Assembly (NCBI GenBank): GCA_964057225.1
Contig: OZ059898.1
Coordinates: 186,001 to 250,000, forward strand
Reading direction: 5' to 3'
Length of the DNA: 64,000 nucleotides
Source: Auanema rhodensis
Lineage: Eukaryota; Animalia; Nematoda
Shown: piece after piece, positions 1-11,263 of the stretch
How positions within the stretch are numbered: position 1 is the first letter of the stretch
Layout: every line of letters starts with the position of its first letter
Notes under the pieces: model-generated
What the model saw: only the letters and a program-made list of their open reading frames with translations
What the model was told of the DNA's origin: nothing
The model's database searches: none
Made by a program: the position numbers and the translations under genes

Positions 1-352
1 AATTTGTTTTTAGACTAATATGGACATGGGGAATCTAATTTTGAAAACCGCATCTCTTTATCTTTCACGTGAAGCGAGTTACATACCAAGTGCACATCAC
101 GTGTACATTTAATTAGCATAAATTAAAGTTCACGTAAATTTCAAAGTCATGGTTACCATGAACCAATATTAATAAAAATTTGTTTTTAGACTAATATGGA
201 CATGGGGAATCTAATTTTGAAAACCGCATCTCTTTATCTTTCACGTGAAGCGAGTTACATACCAAGTGCACATCACGTGTACATTTAATTAGCATAAATT
301 AAAAATCACGTAAATTTCAAAGTCATGGTTACCATGCACCAATATCAATAAA

Positions 353-528
353 AATTTGTTTTTAGACTAATATGGACATGGGGAATCTAATTTTGAAAAC
401 CGCATCTCTTTATCTTTCACGTGAAGCGAGTTACATACCAAGTGCACATCACGTGTACATTTAATTAGCATAAATTAAAGTTCACGTAAATTTCAAAGTC
501 ATGGTTACCATGCACCAATATCAATAAA
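353..528. repeat. Representative consensus monomer (176 bp; 57 G+C, about 32% GC; 5 CpG)
   Basis: Third monomer, carrying no variant relative to the majority sequence. Contains CACGTG x2, GTGCAC, TGTACA and GGTTACC sites. Confidence 0.95.
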
Positions 529-3500
529 AATTTGTTTTTAGACTAATATGGACATGGGGAATCTAATTTTGAAAACCGCATCTCTTTATCTTTCACGTGA
601 AGCGAGTTACATACCAAGTGCACATCAAGTGTACATTTAATTAGCATAAATTAAAGTTCACGTAAATTTCAAAGTCATGGTTACCATGAACCAATATCAA
701 CAAAAATTTGTTTTTAGACTAATATGGACATGGGGAATCTAATTTTGAAAACCGCATCTCTTTATCTTTCACGTGAAGCGAGTTACATACCAAGTGCACA
801 TCACGTGTACATTTAATTAGCATAAATTAAAGTTCACGTAAATTTCAAAGTCATGGTTACCATGCACCAATATCAATAAAAATTTGTTTTTAGACTAATA
901 TGGACATGGGGAATCTAATTTTGAAAACCGCATCTCTTTATCTTTCACGTGAAGCGAGTTACATACCAAGTGCACATGACGTGTACATTTAATTAGCATA
1001 AATTAAAGTTCACGTAAATTTCAAAGTCATGGTTACCATGCACCAATATCAATAAAAATTTGTTTTTAGACTAATATGGACATGGGGAATCTAATTTTGA
1101 GAACCGCATCTTTTCATCTTTCACGTGAAGCGAGTTACATACCAAGTGCACATCAAGTGTACATTTAATTAGCATAAATTAAAGTTCACGTAAATTTCAA
1201 AGTCATGGTTATCATGCACCAATATCAATAAAAATTTGTTTTTAGACTAATATGGACATGGGGAATCTAATTTTGAAAACCGCATCTCTTTATCTTTCAC
1301 GTGAAGCGAGTTACATACCAAGTGCACATCACGTGTACATTTAATTAGCATAAATTAAAGTTCACGTAAATTTCAAAGTCATGGTTACCATGCACCAATA
1401 TCAATAAAAATTTGTTTTTAGACTAATATGGACATGGGGAATCTAATTTTGAAAACCGCATCTCTTTATCTTTCACGTGAAGCGAGTTACATACCAAGTG
1501 CACATCACGTGTACATTTAATTAGCATAAATTAAAGTTCACGTAAATTTCAAAGTCATGGTTACCATGAAGCAATATCAATAAAAATTTGTTTTTAGACT
1601 AATATGGACATGGGGAATCTAATTTTGAAAACCGCATCTCTTTATCTTTCACGTGAAGCGAGTTACATACCAAGTGCACATCACGTGTACATTTAATTAG
1701 CATAAATTAAAGTTCACGTAAATTTCAAAGTCATGGTTACCATGCACCAATATCAATAAAAATTTGTTTTTAGACTAATATGGACATGGGGAATCTAATT
1801 TTGAAAACCGCATCTCTTTATCTTTCACGTGAAGCGAGTTACATACCAAGTGCACATCACGTGTACATTTAATTAGCATAAATTAAAGTTCACGTAAATT
1901 TCAAAGTCATGGTTACCATGAACCAATATCAATAAAAATTTGTTTTTAGACTAATATGGACATGGGGAATCTAATTTTGAAAACCGCGTCTCTTTATCTT
2001 TCACGTGAAGCGAGTTACATACCAAGTGCACATCACGTGTACATTTAATTAGCATAAATTAAAAATCACGTAAATTTCAAAGTCATGGTTACCATGCACC
2101 AATATCAATAAAAATTTGTTTTTAGACTAATATGGACATGGGGAATCTAATTTTGAAAACCGCATCTCTTTATCTTTCACGTGAAGCGAGTTACATACCA
2201 AGTGCACATCACGTGTACATTTAATTAGCATAAATTAAAGTTCACGTAAATTTCAAAGTCATGGTTACCATGCACCAATATCAATAAAAATTTGTTTTTA
2301 GACTAATATGGACATGGGGAATCTAATTTTGAGAACCGCATCTCTTCATCTTTCACGTGAAGCGAGTTACATACCAAGTGCACATCAAGTGTACATTTAA
2401 TTAGCATAAATTAAAGTTCACGTAAATTTCAAAGTCATGGTTACCATGAACCAATATCAATAAAAATTTGTTTTTAGACTAATATGGACATGGGGAATCT
2501 AATTTTGAAAACCGCATCTCTTTATCTTTCACGTGAAGCGAGTTACATACCAAGTGCACATCACGTGTACATTTAATTAGCATAAATTAAAGTTCACGTA
2601 AATTTCAAAGTCATGGTTACCATGCACCAATATCAATAAAAACTTGTTTTTAGACTAATATGGACATGGGGAATCTAATTTTGAGAACCGCATCTCTTCA
2701 TCTTTCACGTGAAGCGGGTTACATACCAAGTGCACATCAAGTGTACATTTAATTAGCATAAATTAAAGTTCACGTAAATTTCAAAGTCATGGTTACCATG
2801 AACCAATATCAATAAAAATTTGTTTTTAGACTAATATGGACATGGGGAATCTAATTTTGAAAACCGCATCTCTTTATCTTTCACGTGAAGCGAGTTACAT
2901 ACCAAGTGCACATCACGTGTACATTTAATTAGCATAAATTAAAGTTCACGTAAATTTCAAAGTCATGGTTACCATGCACCAATATCAATAAAAATTTGTT
3001 TTTAGACTAATATGGACATGGGGAATCTAATTTTGAAAACCGCATCTCTTTATCTTTCACGTGAAGCGAGTTACATACCAAGTGCACATCACGTGTACAT
3101 TTAATTAGCATAAATTAAAAATCACGTAAATTTCAAAGTCATGGTTACCATGCACCAATATCAATAAAAATTTGTTTTTAGACTAATATGGACATGGGGA
3201 ATCTAATTTTGAAAACCGCATCTCTTTATCTTTCACGTGAAGCGAGTTACATACCAAGTGCACATCACGTGTACATTTAATTAGCATAAATTAAAGTTCA
3301 CGTAAATTTCAAAGTCATGGTTACCATGAACCAATATCAATAAAAATTTGTTTTTAGACTAATATGGACATGGGGAATCTAATTTTGAAAACCGCATCTC
3401 TTTATCTTTCACGTGAAGCGAGTTACATACCAAGTGCACATCACGTGTACATTTAATTAGCATAAATTAAAGTTCAAGTAAATTTCAAAGTCATGGTTAC

Positions 3501-5984
3501 CATGCACCAATATCAATAAAAATTTGTTTTTAGACTAATATGGACATGGGGAATCTAATTTTGAAAACCGCATCTCTTTATCTTTCACGTGAAGCGAGTT
3601 ACATACCAAGTGCACATCACGTGTACATTTAATTAGCATAAATTAAAGTTCACGTAAATTTCAAAGTCATGGTTACCATGCACCAATATCAATAAAAATT
3701 TGTTTTTAGACTAATATGGACATGGGGAATCTAATTTTGAGAACCGCATCTCTTCATCTTTCACGTGAAGCGAGTTACATACCAAGTGCACATCAAGTGT
3801 ACATTTAATTAGCATAAATTAAAGTTCACGTAAATTTCAAAGTCATGGTTACCATGCACCAATATCAATAAAAATTTGTTTTTAGACTAATATGGACATG
3901 GGGAATCTAATTTTGAAAACCGCATCTCTTTATCTTTCACGTGAAGCGAGTTACATACCAAGTGCACATCACGTGTACATTTAATTAGCATAAATTAAAG
4001 TTCACGTAAATTTCAAAGTCATGGTTACCATGAAGCAATATCAATAAAAATTTGTTTTTAGACTAATATGGACATGGGGAATCTAATTTTGAAAACCGCA
4101 TCTCTTTATCTTTCACGTGAAGCGAGTTACATACCAAGTGCACATCACGTGTACATTTAATTAGCATAAATTAAAGTTCACGTAAATTTCAAAGTCATGG
4201 TTACCATGCACCAATATCAATAAAAATTTGTTTTTAGACTAATATGGACATGGGGAATCTAATTTTGAAAACCGCATCTCTTTATCTTTCACGTGAAGCG
4301 AGTTACATACCAAGTGCACATCACGTGTACATTTAATTAGCATAAATTAAAGTTCACGTAAATTTCAAAGTCATGGTTACCATGCACCAATATCAATAAA
4401 AATTTGTTTTTAGACTAATATGGACATGGGGAATCTAATTTTGAAAACCGCATCTCTTTATCTTTCACGTGAAGCGAGTTACATACCAAGTGCACATCAC
4501 GTGTACATTTAATTAGCATAAATTAAAGTTCACGTAAATTTCAAAGTCATGGTTACCATGAACCAATATCAATAAAAATTTGTTTTTAGACTAATATGGA
4601 CATGGGGAATCTAATTTTGAAAACCGCATCTCTTTATCTTTCACGTGAAGCGAGTTACATACCAAGTGCACATCACGTGTACATTTAATTAGCATAAATT
4701 AAAAATCACGTAAATTTCAAAGTCATGGTTACCATGCACCAATATCAATAAAAATTTGTTTTTAGACTAATATGGACATGGGGAATCTAATTTTGAAAAC
4801 CGCATCTCTTTATCTTTCACGTGAAGCGAGTTACATACCAAGTGCACATCACGTGTACATTTAATTAGCATAAATTAAAGTTCACGTAAATTTCAAAGTC
4901 ATGGTTACCATGAACCAATATCAATAAAAATTTGTTTTTAGACTAATATGGACATGGGGAATCTAATTTTGAAAACCGCATCTCTTTATCTTTCACGTGA
5001 AGCGAGTTACATACCAAGTGCACATCACGTGTACATTTAATTAGCATAAATTAAAAATCACGTAAATTTCAAAGTCATGGTTACCATGCACCAATATCAA
5101 TAAAAATTTGTTTTTAGACTAATATGGACATGGGGAATCTAATTTTGAAAACCGCATCTCTTTATCTTTCACGTGAAGCGAGTTACATACCAAGTGCACA
5201 TCACGTGTACATTTAATTAGCATAAATTAAAGTTCACGTAAATTTCAAAGTCATGGTTACCATGAACCAATATTAATAAAAATTTGTTTTTAGACTAATA
5301 TGGACATGGGGAATCTAATTTTGAAAACCGCATCTCTTTATCTTTCACGTGAAGCGAGTTACATACCAAGTGCACATCACGTGTACATTTAATTAGCATA
5401 AATTAAAAATCACGTAAATTTCAAAGTCATGGTTACCATGCACCAATATCAATAAAAATTTGTTTTTAGACTAATATGGACATGGGGAATCTAATTTTGA
5501 AAACCGCATCTCTTTATCTTTCACGTGAAGCGAGTTACATACCAAGTGCACATCACGTGTACATTTAATTAGCATAAATTAAAGTTCACGTAAATTTCAA
5601 AGTCATGGTTACCATGCACCAATATCAAAAAAAATTTGTTTTTAGACTAATATGGACATGGGGAATCTAATTTTGAAAACCGCATCTCTTTATCTTTCAC
5701 GTGAAGCGAGTTACATACCAAGTGCACATCAAGTGTACATTTAATTAGCATAAATTAAAGTTCACGTAAATTTCAAAGTCATGGTTACCATGAACCAATA
5801 TCAACAAAAATTTGTTTTTAGACTAATATGGACATGGGGAATCTAATTTTGAAAACCGCATCTCTTTATCTTTCACGTGAAGCGAGTTACATACCAAGTG
5901 CACATCACGTGTACATTTAATTAGCATAAATTAAAGTTCACGTAAATTTCAAAGTCATGGTTACCATGCACCAATATCAATAAA

Positions 5985-8900
5985 AATTTGTTTTTAGACT
6001 AATATGGACATGGGGAATCTAATTTTGAAAACCGCATCTCTTTATCTTTCACGTGAAGCGAGTTACATACCAAGTGCACATGACGTGTACATTTAATTAG
6101 CATAAATTAAAGTTCACGTAAATTTCAAAGTCATGGTTACCATGCACCAATATCAATAAAAATTTGTTTTTAGACTAATATGGACATGGGGAATCTAATT
6201 TTGAGAACCGCATCTTTTCATCTTTCACGTGAAGCGAGTTACATACCAAGTGCACATCAAGTGTACATTTAATTAGCATAAATTAAAGTTCACGTAAATT
6301 TCAAAGTCATGGTTACCATGCACCAATATCAATAAAAATTTGTTTTTAGACTAATATGGACATGGGGAATCTAATTTTGAAAACCGCATCTCTTTATCTT
6401 TCACGTGAAGCGAGTTACATACCAAGTGCACATCACGTGTACATTTAATTAGCATAAATTAAAGTTCACGTAAATTTCAAAGTCATGGTTACCATGCACC
6501 AATATCAATAAAAATTTGTTTTTAGACTAATATGGACATGGGGAATCTAATTTTGAAAACCGCATCTCTTTATCTTTCACGTGAAGCGAGTTACATACCA
6601 AGTGCACATCACGTGTACATTTAATTAGCATAAATTAAAGTTCACGTAAATTTCAAAGTCATGGTTACCATGAAGCAATATCAATAAAAATTTGTTTTTA
6701 GACTAATATGGACATGGGGAATCTAATTTTGAAAACCGCATCTCTTTATCTTTCACGTGAAGCGAGTTACATACCAAGTGCACATCACGTGTACATTTAA
6801 TTAGCATAAATTAAAGTTCACGTAAATTTCAAAGTCATGGTTACCATGCACCAATATCAATAAAAATTTGTTTTTAGACTAATATGGACATGGGGAATCT
6901 AATTTTGAAAACCGCATCTCTTTATCTTTCACGTGAAGCGAGTTACATACCAAGTGCACATCACGTGTACATTTAATTAGCATAAATTAAAGTTCACGTA
7001 AATTTCAAAGTCATGGTTACCATGAACCAATATCAATAAAAATTTGTTTTTAGACTAATATGGACATGGGGAATCTAATTTTGAAAACCGCATCTCTTTA
7101 TCTTTCACGTGAAGCGAGTTACATACCAAGTGCACATCACGTGTACATTTAATTAGCATAAATTAAAAATCACGTAAATTTCAAAGTCATGGTTACCATG
7201 CACCAATATCAATAAAAATTTGTTTTTAGACTAATATGGACATGGGGAATCTAATTTTGAAAACCGCATCTCTTTATCTTTCACGTGAAGCGAGTTACAT
7301 ACCAAGTGCACATCACGTGTACATTTAATTAGCATAAATTAAAGTTCACGTAAATTTCAAAGTCATGGTTACCATGCACCAATATCAATAAAAATTTGTT
7401 TTTAGACTAATATGGACATGGGGAATCTAATTTTGAGAACCGCATCTCTTCATCTTTCACGTGAAGCGAGTTACATACCAAGTGCACATCAAGTGTACAT
7501 TTAATTAGCATAAATTAAAGTTCACGTAAATTTCAAAGTCATGGTTACCATGAACCAATATCAATAAAAATTTGTTTTTAGACTAATATGGACATGGGGA
7601 ATCTAATTTTGAAAACCGCATCTCTTTATCTTTCACGTGAAGCGAGTTACATACCAAGTGCACATCACGTGTACATTTAATTAGCATAAATTAAAGTTCA
7701 CGTAAATTTCAAAGTCATGGTTACCATGCACCAATATCAATAAAAATTTGTTTTTAGACTAATATGGACATGGGGAATCTAATTTTGAGAACCGCATCTC
7801 TTCATCTTTCACGTGAAGCGGGTTACATACCAAGTGCACATCAAGTGTACATTTAATTAGCATAAATTAAAGTTCACGTAAATTTCAAAGTCATGGTTAC
7901 CATGAACCAATATCAATAAAAATTTGTTTTTAGACTAATATGGACATGGGGAATCTAATTTTGAAAACCGCATCTCTTTATCTTTCACGTGAAGCGAGTT
8001 ACATACCAAGTGCACATGACGTGTACATTTAATTAGCATAAATTAAAGTTCACGTAAATTTCAAAGTCATGGTTACCATGCACCAATATCAATAAAAATT
8101 TGTTTTTAGACTAATATGGACATGGGGAATCTAATTTTGAAAACCGCATCTCTTTATCTTTCACGTGAAGCGAGTTACATACCAAGTGCACATGACGTGT
8201 ACATTTAATTAGCATAAATTAAAGTTCACGTAAATTTCAAAGTCATGGTTACCATGCACCAATATCAATAAAAATTTGTTTTTAGACTAATATGGACATG
8301 GGGAATCTAATTTTGAGAACCGCATCTCTTCATCTTTCACGTGAAGCGAGTTACATACCAAGTGCACATCAAGTGTACATTTAATTAGCATAAATTAAAG
8401 TTCACGTAAATTTCAAAGTCATGGTTACCATGCACCAATATCAATAAAAATTTGTTTTTAGACTAATATGGACATGGGGAATCTAATTTTGAAAACCGCA
8501 TCTCTTTATCTTTCACGTGAAGCGAGTTACATACCAAGTGCACATCACGTGTACATTTAATTAGCATAAATTAAAGTTCACGTAAATTTCAAAGTCATGG
8601 TTACCATGCACCAATATCAATAAAAATTTGTTTTTAGACTAATATGGACATGGGGAATCTAATTTTGAAAACCGCATCTCTTTATCTTTCACGTGAAGCG
8701 AGTTACATACCAAGTGCACATCACGTGTACATTTAATTAGCATAAATTAAAGTTCACGTAAATTTCAAAGTCATGGTTACCATGAAGCAATATCAATAAA
8801 AATTTGTTTTTAGACTAATATGGACATGGGGAATCTAATTTTGAAAACCGCATCTCTTTATCTTTCACGTGAAGCGAGTTACATACCAAGTGCACATCAC

Positions 8901-10911
8901 GTGTACATTTAATTAGCATAAATTAAAGTTCACGTAAATTTCAAAGTCATGGTTACCATGCACCAATATCAATAAAAATTTGTTTTTAGACTAATATGGA
9001 CATGGGGAATCTAATTTTGAAAACCGCATCTCTTTATCTTTCACGTGAAGCGAGTTACATACCAAGTGCACATCACGTGTACATTTAATTAGCATAAATT
9101 AAAGTTCACGTAAATTTCAAAGTCATGGTTACCATGAACCAATATCAATAAAAATTTGTTTTTAGACTAATATGGACATGGGGAATCTAATTTTGAAAAC
9201 CGCATCTCTTTATCTTTCACGTGAAGCGAGTTACATACCAAGTGCACATCACGTGTACATTTAATTAGCATAAATTAAAAATCACGTAAATTTCAAAGTC
9301 ATGGTTACCATGCACCAATATCAATAAAAATTTGTTTTTAGACTAATATGGACATGGGGAATCTAATTTTGAAAACCGCATCTCTTTATCTTTCACGTGA
9401 AGCGAGTTACATACCAAGTGCACATCACGTGTACATTTAATTAGCATAAATTAAAGTTCACGTAAATTTCAAAGTCATGGTTACCATGCACCAATATCAA
9501 TAAAAATTTGTTTTTAGACTAATATGGACATGGGGAATCTAATTTTGAGAACCGCATCTCTTCATCTTTCACGTGAAGCGAGTTACATACCAAGTGCACA
9601 TCAAGTGTACATTTAATTAGCATAAATTAAAGTTCACGTAAATTTCAAAGTCATGGTTACCATGAACCAATATCAATAAAAATTTGTTTTTAGACTAATA
9701 TGGACATGGGGAATCTAATTTTGAAAACCGCATCTCTTTATCTTTCACGTGAAGCGAGTTACATACCAAGTGCACATCACGTGTACATTTAATTAGCATA
9801 AATTAAAGTTCACGTAAATTTCAAAGTCATGGTTACCATGCACCAATATCAATAAAAATTTGTTTTTAGACTAATATGGACATGGGGAATCTAATTTTGA
9901 GAACCGCATCTCTTCATCTTTCACGTGAAGCGGGTTACATACCAAGTGCACATCAAGTGTACATTTAATTAGCATAAATTAAAGTTCACGTAAATTTCAA
10001 AGTCATGGTTACCATGAACCAATATCAATAAAAATTTGTTTTTAGACTAATATGGACATGGGGAATCTAATTTTGAAAACCGCATCTCTTTATCTTTCAC
10101 GTGAAGCGAGTTACATACCAAGTGCACATGACGTGTACATTTAATTAGCATAAATTAAAGTTCACGTAAATTTCAAAGTCATGGTTACCATGCACCAATA
10201 TCAATAAAAATTTGTTTTTAGACTAATATGGACATGGGGAATCTAATTTTGAAAACCGCATCTCTTTATCTTTCACGTGAAGCGAGTTACATACCAAGTG
10301 CACATGACGTGTACATTTAATTAGCATAAATTAAAGTTCACGTAAATTTCAAAGTCATGGTTACCATGCACCAATATCAATAAAAATTTGTTTTTAGACT
10401 AATATGGACATGGGGAATCTAATTTTGAGAACCGCATCTCTTCATCTTTCACGTGAAGCGAGTTACATACCAAGTGCACATCAAGTGTACATTTAATTAG
10501 CATAAATTAAAGTTTACGTAAATTTCAAAGTCATGGTTACCATGCACCAATATCAATAAAAATTTGTTTTTAGACTAATATGGACATGGGGAATCTAATT
10601 TTGAAAACCGCATCTCTTTATCTTTCACGTGAAGCGAGTTACATACCAAGTGCACATCACGTGTACATTTAATTAGCATAAATTAAAGTTCACGTAAATT
10701 TCAAAGTCATGGTTACCATGCACCAATATCAATAAAAATTTGTTTTTAGACTAATATGGACATGGGGAATCTAATTTTAAAACCGCATCTCTTTATCTTT
10801 CACGTGAAGCGAGTTACATACCAAGTGCACATCACGTGTACATTTAATTAGCATAAATTAAAGTTCACGTAAATTTCAAAGTCATGGTTACCATGAAGCA
10901 ATATCAATAAA
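5985..10911. repeat. 12-monomer HOR (2112 bp), about 2.3 tandem copies
   Basis: The same order of variant monomers starts at 5985, 8097 and 10209; for example A77G at 7821 and 9933 are 2112 bp apart. Confidence 0.85.
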
Positions 10912-11263
10912 AATTTGTTTTTAGACTAATATGGACATGGGGAATCTAATTTTGAAAACCGCATCTCTTTATCTTTCACGTGAAGCGAGTTACATACCAA
11001 GTGCACATCACGTGTACATTTAATTAGCATAAATTAAAGTTCACTTAAATTTCAAAGTCATGGTTACCATGAACCAATATCAATAAAAATTTGTTTTTAG
11101 ACTAATATGGACATGGGGAATCTAATTTTGAAAACCGCATCTCTTTATCTTTCACGTGAAGCGAGTTACATACCAAGTGCACATCACGTGTACATTTAAT
11201 TAGCATAAATTAAAGTTCACGTAAATTTCAAAGTCATGGTTACCATGCACCAATATCAATAAA

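Larger units (their letters stand above)
1..11087. repeat. Variant domain A
   Basis: Diagnostic alleles: linked A45G+T59C+C100A (with or without A77G), G128A+T129A (AAAAATCACG), C98G, C161A+C163G (ATGAAGCAA). Confidence 0.85.

Noticed and set aside
1-176. Identity with other known 176-bp satellites (Brassica CentBr, honeybee AluI repeat) or with alpha satellite / Arabidopsis CEN178
   Set aside because: Only the length is similar. The consensus has no AAGCTT or AGCT site and I recognise no sequence similarity. A database search is needed for any assignment.
1-176. Tandem RNA gene cluster (5S rRNA, tRNA, snRNA, spliced leader)
   Set aside because: No recognisable 5S, tRNA cloverleaf, Pol III A/B box or snRNA sequence on either strand.
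171-176. AATAAA polyadenylation-like hexamer in each monomer
   Set aside because: Expected by chance in 68% AT sequence, and there is no evidence of a transcription unit.
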